Source of the DNA: Camelus ferus | Lineage: Eukaryota | Assembly (NCBI RefSeq): GCF_009834535.1 | Contig: NC_045697.1 | Coordinates: forward strand, 57,972,001-58,036,000 | Direction of reading: 5' to 3' | Length of the DNA stretch: 64,000 nucleotides | Shown: piece by piece, positions 1 to 12,370 of the stretch | How the letters are laid out: each line of letters opens with the position of its first letter | Position numbering within the stretch: the stretch's first letter is position 1 | The notes under the pieces: generated by a model | Told to the model about the DNA's origin: nothing | The model's input: only the letters and a program-made list of their open reading frames with translations | The model's database searches: none | Translations under genes and position numbers: made by a program

Positions 1-1988
1 AAATAATAAGAGCAGAAATCAACAAAATTGAAAACAAGAATTCAGTAGAGAAAAATCAATGAAACAACTGGTTCTTTGGAAAGATCAATAAAATCAAGTC
101 TCTAGCCAGGCTAACTAAATAAAAAGGAGAGAAGACGTACATTAATGAAAGACTAATAGTGAATACTATGAACAATTTTATGCTCACAGATTTGATAACT
201 TAGATGAAATTAACAAATTCTTTGAAAGATACAATTTGTCAAAACTCACACAAGATGAACTAGACAATCTGAAGAGGCCTATATTAATTAAATCAATCAA
301 ATAATTAGTAATTCTCCAAAACAGAAAGCATCAGGCCAAGGTTGTTTTACTGATGAATTCTACAAAACATTTAAGGAAGAAATTATAGCAATTCTCTACA
401 ATCTTTTTCAGAGAGTAAAAGCAGAGGGAGTATTTCCTAATTTATTCTGTAAGGCCAATATTATCCTGATACCACAACTAGGCACAGACATTATAAAAAA
501 GAGAAAACTATAGACCAATAACTCTCACAAACATAAGTGTAAAATTTCTCAACAATAATTAATAGCCATGTATAAAAAGAATTACATATCACTAGGATTT
601 ATCCCAGGTATTCAAGGCTGGTTTCAACATATAAAAATTAATCTACATGCAAAAAAAAACCGAATCCAAACACAGACCTTTACATTATTCACAAAAATTA
701 ACTCAAAAAGGATCATAGACCTATGTGTAATACACTAGACTATAAAATTCCTAGAAAATAACATAGGAGTAAACCTAGATGGCATTGGGTATGATGATGA
801 CTTTTTAGACACAACACAAATGATGTAATCCATGAAAGACATAATTCATAAGGTGGACTGCATTGAAATTAAAAACTTCTACTCTGTGAAAGATAATGTT
901 AAGAGAATGAGAAGACAAGCTACTGTTATCCAAAATATACAAAGATCTCTTAACACTCAACAATGAAAAAACAAATCACTCAATTAAAAAATGGGCCAAA
1001 ACTTTATACAGACACCCCAACAAAGATAATCAGATGACAGCCATATGAAAAGGTGCCCCACATCCTATGTCGTCAGGGAAATGCATATTAAAAGAACAAT
1101 GAGATACAATTACACATCTCTTAGAGTGGCCAAAATCCAAAACACTGACAACACCAAATGCTGGGGAGCGTGTGGAACAAGAAGTCTCATATTTATTGCT
1201 GGTAGAAATGCAAAATGGTAGAGCCAGTTTGGAAGATAGCATGACAGTTTCTTAGAAAACGAAATATAGTCTTACCAACTGATCAAGCAGTCACACTCTT
1301 TGGTATTTACCCAAAAAAGCTGAAAATGTATGTTTACACAAAAATCTGTACATGGATGTTTATAGCATAAATGCCAAAACTTGGAAGAAAACAAGATTTC
1401 CTTCAGTAGGTATGTGTATAAGTAAAGCCTGATAGATTCATACAACGGAATATTAAAAAGAAATGAGCTATCAAGCCATGAAAAGACATGCAGGAAACAT
1501 AAATGCATATTATTAAGTGAAAATGGTTACACACTGTATGATTTTAACTACATGACATTCTGGAAAAGGCAAAACTATGGAGACAGTAAAATAATCAGAG
1601 ATTGCTAGAGGTTGGGGGTAGAAGGGATAAACAGTCAGAGCTCAGAGGATTTTTAGGGCAGTGGAAATATTCTGTATGATGTTATAATGATGGAAAAAAA
1701 AAAAATATATATATATAGTTATACATTTGTCCAAACCCATAGAATGTATAGCAGTAAGAATGAGCTGTCATGTAAACTGAACTTTGGATGATTATGATGT
1801 GTCATGCAGGTTCCTCAACTGTAACAAATGTACCACTCTGGTGGGAGCTGCTGCTAACGCGGGAGACTATGTATGTGTGGAGTATATGAAGATATATGAC
1901 ACATCTCTGTAGCTTCCCCTCAATTTTGCTGTGAATCTAAAACTGCTCCAAATAAATAATCTTTAAAATAAATAAATAAACAAATAAG
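1..1988 (+). mobile_element. Old LINE-1 (L1MC-like): degenerate ORF2 plus 3' UTR, internally deleted, continues beyond the window start
   Basis: ORF2-like motifs (gaaaaatcaatgaaac, actatagaccaata, tttatcccagg). L1MC-type 3' UTR (ttctggaaaaggcaaaactatggagacag ... caattttgctgtgaatctaaaactgctc) ending in an (aaat)n tail. Confidence 0.9.
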
Positions 1989-2049
1989 CATGGATTAACC
2001 AACAGAAATTCAATAATGTTTACTGCAAACTGAAAAAAAATACTGATAA

Positions 2050-2690
2050 AACCAAATGTGGTTGATGAAGTGGAGCAATTTTGTCTGTTTTTTTAATGCA
2101 GGTGAGAATGTGACTGAAAATCACTTTATGAAAGTTTGTCAATATCCAGTAATGTGCAACTGTACACATCCTGTGGGCCCTCAATTCCACTCCTGGGTAT
2201 TAACTAGTAGAAATGCATGCTATGTCATCCAGGATACATACACAAGATTGTTCACAGCAGCGTTGTTTATAATATTCCCAAACTGGAAGCCTTAAAAATA
2301 TCCATTAAAAGTAGAAAAAATAAACAAAATGTATTTTATAAAGCAATGAAAATGAACATCTATACACTTCTAGATAAAGCGGGGAATTCTTAAAAATAAA
2401 ATGTATGGAGTTAAAGAAACTGGCATAAGACAAAAGTTGAGTGTTTAATTCCCCCTTACACAAATTCTGAAACAAGTTAAATTATAATACTTAGAGACAC
2501 ACACCTATTTGGTATAACTATAAAGCAAGGAGTGATTACCATAAAAGTCAGGATAATGGTTACCCAAGGTGCAGGAAGGAGATTTTGATTTCAAAAGGCA
2601 ATTAGTACCTTTGGCCATCTGAAAAAATTCTATGGTGTTTACATAGGTGTTTGCACTACATTATAGCAATTACATCTTATGTATTTTTAT
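2050..2690 (+). mobile_element. Very old L1 3' fragment (L1ME-like)
   Basis: caattccactcctgggtat ... gttcacagcagcgttgtttataat ... aaactggaa is typical of the L1 ORF2 end and 3' UTR; highly diverged. Confidence 0.7.
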
Positions 2691-2789
2691 CTTTTTCTTT
2701 CTTTCTTTCTTTTTTGGTGGGTAGGACTCTTAGATATTTTTGTGTAGTGAATTGCCTTACACAGTAAAAATTTTGAAACAAAGTTAAAT

Positions 2790-3320
2790 CATGCCTTTTC
2801 CCTACTGAAAGCCTGCAATGATTTTGAGTCTCATTTAGAGTTTAGCCCAAAGTACTTACAATGTGTAAAAGGACTTCACTTATCTGGCCAGCATTCTCTC
2901 TCTGATCTCATGTCCTATTTACTCATTCTCGCTCATTCTGCTGACCACACACTGGCCTCCTTGCTGTTGGCTGAACACCTAATTCCAATTTAGGACTTTT
3001 TTATTCACTTGTTCCTCTGCCTGGAACATTATTTCCAAAGATATCCTCATGGATTCTCCCTCACTTCCTCTGGGTCTTTACTGAAATTTCACTTTCTCAA
3101 TGAACAATCTATTTCAAGTTAAAGAGAGCCATTCTGTTGAAACATCACATTTCTTCCTCCTTTTCTTTATATTTCTCCATATTTGTTATCACCATTTAGT
3201 TCAATATATGTCCCACTTATATGCAACTATTTATTTATTTGTTTTCATCATCCACGTAAAAAAAATGGCTACATGATGCTAGGAACTTTCTATTAAATCA
3301 GTAAATGAATAATTGAATAT
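2790..3320 (+). mobile_element. LINE-2 3' fragment
   Basis: cacactggcctccttgctgtt ... cctctgcctggaac ... ctcacttcctc, ending near aatgaataattgaat. Confidence 0.75.
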
Positions 3321-4471
3321 ATGTATTATGACTTTCTCATGACTTCAAAGAATTCTGCTTATCATGAACAGAGATTTGCATGATCATCATACATTTATTT
3401 TCAAGTTCTACAACTTTGGCATGGCATATTTTTTAAAGTATTTTTATAAGGGATTATTTTATAATCAATACCTTATTTTATTTATTAGAATGTGAATTTA
3501 ATTATTTGCTTCCCAAATCTAGACTTTCATTAAAAAACACAAGTTTATTGGAAGTAAAACCCTGGTATGGTCCTTTGAGAAAAAATCAACCATGACATGA
3601 TTGTGTTACTGTTCCACATAAATATAGCATCTCGGCCCTTTACCGAAGGAAGGGTTCCAGTAATCTGGTCTTCATCCAGAGAAGTCTGTATTTAAACATA
3701 ATGGGAATGCCATATATGCAAAGAAAAATTATTAGTCATTTTGCAGATAGAAGGAAACTTGGCAGATTTCACCTGCTGAGGGAAACTTTGACAGCTTGAC
3801 ATATTTTAATTGGCTGTCTATTCCAGGTATTGAAGTGAGCAAAAGAAAATAAAAGAATAAGAGGAAACTGGGAATAAGAGGCAAAGATATTCAAAGAAAC
3901 GTTGAAGAAAAAAACTGGAATGATTGATGTATGGAGATCTGAGAAAGTACAAATGAAATTATGAGAAAGCACTGAAAGATATGAGAATGCTATAATTTAC
4001 AAGACTTAAAGGTTGAGACGAATAAATTGTGAACCAGAGTGTGAATATCAAAAGGGTAAATATATTTTTGCTCAAAAGTATGTTTCAATAAAAATTTTAG
4101 TGTTAGAAAAAACCTAATTGAATCAGAGAGTAAAGATTGGTGTGGCAGGAAAAAATAATCAACATCTGTCACTTCTCTCCTTTTGGGGTGATATATAAGA
4201 AAAACAATAGAAGCAGTAGAAAATTCCCTTAGGTGCCAAGTTACAAAAAATCTGAAACCTGATATAAAAGTCAAATGGGCAAAAATATCAGTAGAAACAC
4301 GGTCCAAAAGTGGCAATTTGAAAGCACTATCTAGGTTAACATCCTGTGTCTTGGACAAGGTCTAACAAAAGATAAGGAAAGAAAACTTTGCCACTTTGAA
4401 TCTGAATGCTTCTGAGCTGTGCCTTGAAGTGCCTTGGCTGATGTGAAATGAAAAAGGTCAAAATAGATTTT

Positions 4472-4510
4472 ACACACAGACACACACACACACACACATA
4501 CACACACACA
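4472..4510. repeat. Imperfect (CA)n microsatellite
   Basis: Directly visible. Confidence 0.95.
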
Positions 4511-5071
4511 GGGGGTTGCCATATTTTATTACCCACTGAATTTTGTACTTTAAAAGATGGCAAATATCCAGGAGATAATAATGAAAAAGTACTGGACTGT
4601 AAGAGTCAAAAATATTAAAAAGCAGTCCTCTCACAAAATTATATGGAAAAGTGTAATAAAATGAAAATAAAGGTAAAAATGTTGAACAATACCTAATATT
4701 AAGTTAAATTTATAAAATTCCTTGATGGGAACCATCATATTCATCAGATACACATACTAAAAGTAAGATCATAAAACAAGGTACCTTAAAAAAATTACTA
4801 AAAAAATCCAAGTTAAATTTTAAAAATACTTAAAACCACTAAATCTGAATGTCATTAAAGTTTATAACGAGGCAATAATAAATCAGTGTAAGCCAGAAAG
4901 GCAGAAAATAATTATTGACTTAGTCTATGATAACATCCAAAGTTATGTTACAGCTTTCACCCTATTGTTTTGAATAACAACTAATACAATTTGTCCATGT
5001 GCACCTTAGTATAAAATGTATTTTATAGTATATTTACATATTAATAAATATACTAATTTAAAATATTATTA

Positions 5072-5921
5072 CAGGTATACCTACTTTTGCTTCATTGTGC
5101 TTCCCAGATATTACATTTTTTCAAAAATTGAAGTTTTGTGGCAACCATGTGTCGAGCAAGTCCAACAGCATCATTTTTCCAACAGCATTTGCTCACTTCC
5201 TGTCTCTGTGTCACATTTCGTTAATTCTCATAATATTTCAAACTTTTCCATTATTATTAGATTTGTTATGATGATCTGTGATCAGTAATCTTTGGCATTA
5301 TCACTGCAACTTACTTTGTATTACCATTGTAATTACCATGGACTGTGCCCATATAAGACAGTGAACTTAATGGATTGTTGAAATGACAACAGAATATTTA
5401 GTATATTACATAAACTCAGTTGATAAAGCAGTTGCAGGACTTGAGAGGATTGATTCCAATTTGGAAAGAAGTTCTGTGTGTAAAATGCAATCAAACAGCA
5501 TTGAATTCTACAGAGAAATCATTCATGAAAGGAAGGGTCAATCGATACAGCAAGCTTCATTGTTGTCTTATTTTAAGAAATTGTCACAGCCATCCCAACC
5601 TTCAGCAACCACCACCCTGATTAGTCAGCAGCCATCAGTATCCAGACAAGATCCTCCACCAGCGAAAAGCTTACAACTCACTGAAGGCTTAGATGATTGT
5701 TAGCATTTTTAGCAACAAAGTATTTCTTAAGTAAGGTATGTACATTGATTTTTCAGACATGATGCTATTGCACATTTAACAGGCAACAGTATAGTGTAAA
5801 CATAAATTTTATAAGCACTAGGAAACCAAAAAGTATTTATGTGACTCAATTAGGATCAATTCACTTTATCACTGTAGTCTAGAACCAAAACATGCAATAT
5901 CTCCAAGTCCAGGTATGCCTT
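5072..5921 (+). mobile_element. Tigger1 (TcMar-Tigger) DNA transposon, internally deleted
   Basis: Starts TA|caggtatacct and ends aggtatgcct (terminal inverted repeats). The 5' and 3' Tigger1 segments are joined at about 5375. Confidence 0.92.
5383..5703 (+). pseudogene. C-terminal remnant of the Tigger1 transposase
   Basis: [29 protein letters not shown]...[15 protein letters not shown] matches the Tigger1/TIGD1-type C-terminus; DNA-binding and DDE domains are absent. Confidence 0.85.
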
Positions 5922-6825
5922 CACAGTACACTACTACCAAGTACAAACAAACAAAAAAATTAATTATTTTTATGCCTTACTTATGGTTCTAAGAGGCAAT
6001 GAGATATGTGCCATGGAACAGAAAAATCTGACATAGCAGTACGGAAGAAAAAATATATAAATTTACAATGAATTAAGAGCTTAGTAAGTCTCAGGAATGC
6101 TATTAAGCATGCTCCATATATTCTTTCACACAAACACCTCTAAAAAAAAGGTAAATTTATAAGTGCATTAAAGTGATGTCCCAAAAGAGAACTATGAAGA
6201 TTCAGAAGAGGGAGCTATTTCTATCTGCAGAAGTTTCTCCAAAAATGATCTCCTCTGATAACTTGCTTTAAAGGTTGGCCTTGACAAAGAGGTAGGATTT
6301 AGATATACAGGGCAGAAGAATACAAAATTCTATACTGGGTGCAATATTGTCAACAAAGATACAGAAATGGCCAAACAAGGGACACATATGAAAAGAGAGG
6401 AATGCAGGTGATGGGTAGCAGATGTGTGTGGTGAGACGGATGAGAGAAAAGAACAGCTAGGCTGTTCCATGTTTGCCATATTCAGTAACTAATATGTAAG
6501 ACCATGGAACTAAATTTCTTGATTTTTATTGCTATCATTATGATTGTACCTATTATTTTGAAATCTATGTCTTGATACAGAACTCATTAATATTCCCATT
6601 GCTAAAAAGTAAGGTCAAAATATAGATAATGCCCTCTAGTCAGTACTTCTATGCACATTTGTTAAATTCTTAATTATAAGCAAAAGTAAACATGTGTCAT
6701 ATGTGCTCTTTTACTATTTTTTCTTAGCCTTACAATTTTTGATAGAAATAAAACCCATTGGTTTTCAATAGAAAACAATTGCTTTTCTCAATATTCATAC
6801 TAAGGATTCATTCTGCCAGTGATCT

Positions 6826-7256
6826 ATAGTGTACATGCTCTAAGGTAACCCCAATGACTCACAGCCTTGTATAATCCTTTCCCGTTGAGTGGTAACACAA
6901 CTTCACTTGCTGCTAGCCAACAGAACATGGCAAAGTTGAAGGGATTTTGCTGATGTAATTAGTCTTAAGTCACTTGATTTTGAGTTACTCAAAAAAGAGA
7001 TTATCCTAGAGGGGACTAACTGAATCAGGTTAAAGCCCTTAAAAGAGGGACTGGTGCTCCCTGAAGTCAGAAACTGACAATCCTGTTGATCTCCAAGAAG
7101 CAAACCACCATGCACTCTACAACCACAGGAAGTAAATTCTTCCAGCAATCTGAGGTAACCTGGAAGTGATTCTTCCCCAATGGAACCTCTGATGAAAATT
7201 CTATCTGGCTGAAACTTCTATTTCAACCTCACGAGACTATGAGCAGAGGATCCTAC
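6826..7256 (+). mobile_element. MaLR LTR (MLT1E-like), 3' end missing
   Basis: ctaaggtaaccccaatga ... gggattttgctgatgtaatt ... gagattatcct ... cccttaaaagaggg ... gagcagaggatcc. Confidence 0.75.
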
Positions 7257-7257
7257 C

Positions 7258-7980
7258 TATAAGATGTCCTCCTTGACTAAACTTCAGACAGGTTTCTCTG
7301 AACCCTCTTCTCAACTAGACCTTGACCTTTAGACTTTCATGTCCATCTTTTCATTGCCCAATTCTAGCAAAAATCCTCACCCTTGTTGTCTGCCTACCTT
7401 CAATATCTGATTACCCTCGATATCTGGTTACCTTGGGAAGGGGATGGGAAGGGATAAACTTGGGAGTTTGAGATTTGAAAATGTTAGCCACTATATATAA
7501 ATATAGGTTTTAAAAAAACAAACAAAGAAACAAGTTTCTTCTGTATAGCACAGGGAACTATATTCAATATCTCATATTTTGTAATAACCTTTAATGAAAA
7601 TGAATATATATATATATATATATATATATACGCATGAGTGGAACATTGTGCTGTGCACCAGAAATTGACACATGGTAACTGGCTGTACTTCAATTAAAAA
7701 AAAATTCCTTAGCCCCCTACCCTTGGTATCTTATCATCCTGGCCTGTGTTCAGCAAGAATTCTGTCAAGTTGGTTTAGCCAGAATCCTTCCTTCTCCCTG
7801 ATGTTTTCCATCTACTGACCCCTACCCAGCTTCCTGGCTATAAATTCCCACTTGCCCATGCTGTATTCAGAATGGAGTCCATTTCTACGATAAGGTCTCT
7901 TTTCCCCTATTGTAACAGTCCTGAATAAAACCTGTTTTTGCTGCTTTAGCTACTGTTTGGCTCTGGTTTTTCTTTACCAC
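7258..7980 (+). mobile_element. ERV1 solo LTR (MER31-like), interrupted by an L1 3' end
   Basis: ccttgactaaacttcagacagg ... accctcgatatctg / ttcagcaagaattctg ... ggctataaattccc (TATA) ... aataaa at about 7924. Confidence 0.75.
7426..7704 (+). mobile_element. Lineage-specific L1, extreme 3' end only
   Basis: gggaagggataaacttgggagtttgagatttg ... tgtatagcacagggaactatattcaatat ... tacttcaattaaaaaaaaa; closely resembles 19960-20215. Contains (TA)n at about 7603-7630. Confidence 0.92.
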
Positions 7981-9750
7981 ACCTAAAATTTTAAAATTTC
8001 TACATCTGAACACAAACTACCCCCTCAAAAACAAAAAAGAGTAAAGAATTTGCATGTGAGAAATAAATCATGCTCTCCCAAGTGCATACTCATAGAATAC
8101 TGGTTTCCTCAAAGCTTTTCTGTATTGCGGAGTTAGTAAGTACTTCCTTTCCTACTTGTTTTTAGAATCTTTTCAAAGTACTTAAAGAGTAAAAAAGTGT
8201 TAACAAAGCAAACAATTAAGTAGCAATCAAAAACATTTGCCTTACTCAAGATATTCTGACAATGAGGATATTCTGACAATGTGCCTATGGAAATTTGAGA
8301 ATTGACTGCAAAGATTTCTAGAGATAAATTCTAGTCTCTTTTCAAGGTACATAGGAATGATTCATAAAGCCTTTGTTCAGCCGTATTTTTTAAAGGACTG
8401 AGATTGATAAAAAAAACTCAAGTTTTTAATGCTGTTTTTCTTGACTTATGTATATTGACCGATTTGGTTTAACCTGGAATGAACCACCAAGAGTTAAATA
8501 TTTCATATGGAAGTATATTAACTCTAAGTGGCAAGGGGCTTCAGGAGAACAGTGAATGATAAGTAACAGCATTTCCCCTTTGTTAGCCTCTCATGTCTAT
8601 GCTTACTATCACGCTGAGTACCCAAAGAAAATGTGTTTGTGTGAAGAACCAAGATACTACAGAGGCAACTTCAGGCTCACTTCACAGCATCTCTTGCTGT
8701 GCCAGCCAGACAATTAAATCACCACATTCCCTTGGTGAGCTACCTGAAACACAGCAGTGCCTAGAAAATGAAATTGAATTTATCTTGTTTTTAACCATTT
8801 TCTCAGAACCACTTCAAGTCGGATTTTAAAGGATTGATTCTTAATGATTGTTTGCTTACTCTGCTATTATATTTCATGTAAGTGGGTTTTTCCAATAATG
8901 GCATACAACATATTTCACTAAACTGAATAAATCTTAAATGGAAATACAATTAAATAACCGCATTGATAAAACACTGAAAATAAAACAGAAAGTTTTAATG
9001 GCCACATAAGAAAGCAGCCCTGTAATATTAATTAGGGGCTGTGACTTCACAGTATGATGATATATTATGACTAAGATCAATGATACAGTGAAACCAAACA
9101 ATAATGCTGAAATAATATTTGATTATAAAATCAAAAGAAAGAGGTTAAACACAGAAAACTTCATCCTGAATGCAGAAAAGGAATCTTGTATCTACTATTA
9201 ACACCACATCTTAAAGGATAGTAAACATTTAGCCCATAAAGAGCATCTTCCAAAATGAAAGCCAGTCTGCCTTCCTTTTAAATTGGGTAAACCTAATGAA
9301 TTATTCCAATAACAATGTAAAATCTCATCTACAGAACTATTATAATAATGATGTGAAATGGGTTATGGATTCTGCTTCTAAACTATTCATATTGCCTCAT
9401 CTCTAATTCTTTTTAAAATTCAGTTGAATCATACCATACCAAAAAATTGTGTTTTAGTTAAAAAACTAAAGATTAATATAATTGAATTTTTTTTATTATT
9501 TAGACCATTTTTGTAACAAAGACATCTTTTTTCTATGTATACTTATATTTACTGTATGTAGATTTGTCTACTATGTATTATATGCGGTTTAATTTATAAA
9601 CTAAAATGTTTCTTTATAATAATATCCCAGTTGGTTATACTTTGGTGAAAATCTGTTAAATATCTTCCAAAATTCACAAAATTTACTTAGAAAAACTCTG
9701 ATTTCCTTAGAATATTCATATTAGCAAGTTAAGATGTTAACTTTAGTTAT

Positions 9751-10091
9751 TGCTATGGTCTAAATGTGTCTCTTCAAAATTTCTATGTTGAAATCCTAAT
9801 GTCCAAGATGATAGTATGGGGGTGGAGCCTTGGGAGGTGATGAGCGCTCATGAGTGGAATTAGATTTATGAGTCACTGAGAGGGCAGCTTTCCCTCTGCT
9901 CTCTGCTGTGTGAGGACACAGTGAGAAGTAAGCAGCCTGTGACCGGAAGAGAGGCTTCACCAAAACTCGAGCATGCTCACACCCTGACCCCAGGCTTCCA
10001 GTCTTCAGAACTGGGAGAAATAAATTTCTATTACTTATAAGCCATCCAGTCTGTGGTATTTTGTTAAAATAGCCCTGACAGACTTAAGACA
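9751..10091 (+). mobile_element. MaLR solo LTR (MLT1A-like)
   Basis: tgctatggtctaaatgtgt ... gtgaggacacagtgagaag ... cagaactgggagaaataaatttct ... ttaagaca, with TG...CA ends. Confidence 0.88.
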
Positions 10092-10189
10092 AATTGTCTA
10101 CCCATCCTGTTATTTTATACTTTAGTTATATTAAAGGATGATACTTGTGACATTATACTTTCCAAGGAAAGGCACAAGGCAATCTCCTA

Positions 10190-10241
10190 TCGGACATGCT
10201 TGTGTGTAATGTGGCATTGTCACTCTCTCATCAAGAGATGG

Positions 10242-10274
<33 letters not shown>

Positions 10275-11280
10275 TTTAACCTAGTAGGTCCTATAACTGC
10301 ATTGACCAATAGAATACAGCAGAAATGACGCTGTGCCAGTTCCAGGGGTTGACATAACTAGCCTGGAAGCTTCCTTCCACTGCCTGACACTTGGAAGCTG
10401 CCTAACCTTATAAAGTGCAATTACCCTGACACCAACATGCTGTGAAAAGTTCAAAGTTCATGCTCATAGAGGGTGTTATCCTGTAGAGAGAGACAGAGAG
10501 ACAGACAGAGACAGAGACAAAGAAACAGAGACCAGAATCATCAAGGTTCCAGACATTTGAGTAAAAACCCATCTAAAAGTGAAACCCCAATCCCCAGCCA
10601 ACATCACATAGCTCAGAAAGAAACCAGGTAGATCGTTCTCTTCCAGAATCTGTAACATAAAAATAGGGGCAAAATAGAATAATTTTACATGATTACATTT
10701 CAGGGTATTTGTTATTAATTTTCCATAAGGGACTTGTTAACTGGACACGGGATGCTGCCATAACAAGACAGACAGAGGAACCCGGAGGAGTCTTGAAGAG
10801 ACATAAGGGAAGACTGGAAAGATGGTGGGAGAACTGTATTCGAGTTAGAGAAAGCTGACCATGTACTGGTGGAAAGTTCAGTGAAACTGCTGCCTGTGAT
10901 TACAGAGAAAACAGAAAATGTTTTTTAATAAATTCAGAGAAGGAGATACTCAGACAGGAAGTTGAAAGTACCAACAGGTTTCTTCCCGCTTTAAAAAGCC
11001 AAAGCCATTTGTAGAGGCCATGGAGGATGAAACTACAGGGAAAGAAAGAGCGAGATCAAGTCCAAGGAGATCCAAAGTGCCTGGCATGTTAGCAAAAGGC
11101 CATCTTGAAAGTGCTTCTTCTGGCTTCAGTAGCCCCAGTTGACAGATATCACTTTCACACACAAACCATCCAACCAATCACCTCCCAAATTCCTATGTCT
11201 TAAATTGTGAGCAAATAAATTGTTACTTGAAGCCACTGTGTTTTGACTGGTTTTGTTATGAAGCAATAAATAACTAGAAT
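10190..11280 (+). mobile_element. Old MaLR (MLT1G/H-like): LTR, internal fragment and partial second LTR
   Basis: LTR motifs catcaagagatggagtct and tgaccaatagaatacagcagaaatgac. Internal-like gggatgctgccataacaa ... aactgctgcctgtg ... agaaaatg from about 10730. A second LTR 3' end aagccactgtgttttg...gcaataaataactagaa. Contains (CT)n at 10243-10270. Confidence 0.65.
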
Positions 11281-11599
11281 CTAATGACTATTTTTCCAGT
11301 GTAACTGTCATTTAAATAAACTACTCAATTTTTTTTAATTGCAGAAAATGTTAGAATACTGGCTCTAAATGTGCCATTAAAGGTTACAGACATTTCTAAA
11401 CAATAAATAGCATCTAGAATTAACAGCTGTGTGATTGGATTTTCAGAATTGTTTTGTATTTTCTAAAAACTATATTATTTATATAAAAAGATCAATTTTT
11501 AGTGTTACTTTCTTTGTTTATGTTTTCTTCTATTTAAGGGAAGCCAAATAAAATCAGTCTAACAGTTGACACATCCAGAAATGATTGTGTGTGCCCACA

Positions 11600-12303
11600 T
11601 GTATGTTTGTTAATGTTTCCTCTCAGTCCTTTGAATATATTTCATTGCTGCCTGCCATCCATTTTTGTCGATGAGAAGCTTGTTTTCAGACTATCTGTCA
11701 TTCCTTCGTAGTCAGTTTTTCTTTTGTCTCTTACAGCTTTAAAGGTTTTTTTCTGTACTGTGTTCTGTAGTATCACTACAGTAGAGTAGGGAGGGATTAA
11801 CAGTATTTATCTTCTAGCAGTTAGTGTGTATTTAAATCTGAAGACTAAGATAATTCTTCAATTTTGAAAAAATTTTAGGCATTTTCACTTTAGAGAAGCC
11901 TTCCACCTACTCTCCTCTCGTATCAGTGACAGTAGACTCATAAGCATAATCTCTGTACTCTCAACTTCTCTTTTCCATTTAGTTTCTTTATCATTCTATC
12001 CTTCATTCCAGGCGAACTTCTCAGTACACTCTTTCCATTTGTGCTCAAACTGAAGGTCATGGTGCCATAAGAAGTTTTAATTTGATATCAGTTACTGTAT
12101 TTTAATATCCAAAGTCTGTAATTGGATTTTAATATCCATCAGTTCTTACATGAGTCTGTCTTTGTTTCATAATTTCTTACTGTTTTTAGGGATGTTATAT
12201 TTATTCCATTTTCTCTTTTAGGATGTCAACATACTTTAAATTATTTGGAATTTGCTGTTTGTATTTCATTGCTTTGCTCCTATTTCTCAACTGTTGATTT
12301 TAC

Positions 12304-12334
<31 letters not shown>

Positions 12335-12370
12335 AGTGTTAGCTTTTCTCATGCTTGGAATATCTGCAAA
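11600..12370 (-). mobile_element. Very old L1 ORF1-region fragment
   Basis: T-rich antisense ORF1-like motifs (gatgagaagc, tttaaatctgaagact, ttcaattttgaaaaaatttt); includes T28 at 12307-12334. Confidence 0.6.

Noticed and set aside
3769..4563. Four minus-strand ORFs as a gene
   Set aside because: F/L/S/I-rich translations of an A-rich strand and a CA repeat; no recognisable domain. Possibly very old L1, but not assignable.
8250..8281. Tandem duplication gatattctgacaatg x2
   Set aside because: Two copies only; an ordinary slippage duplication with no sign of function.
12307..12334. T28 run (also T22 at 43473-43494) as an orphan retroposon tail
   Set aside because: No adjacent element body or TSD; simple mononucleotide expansion is sufficient.
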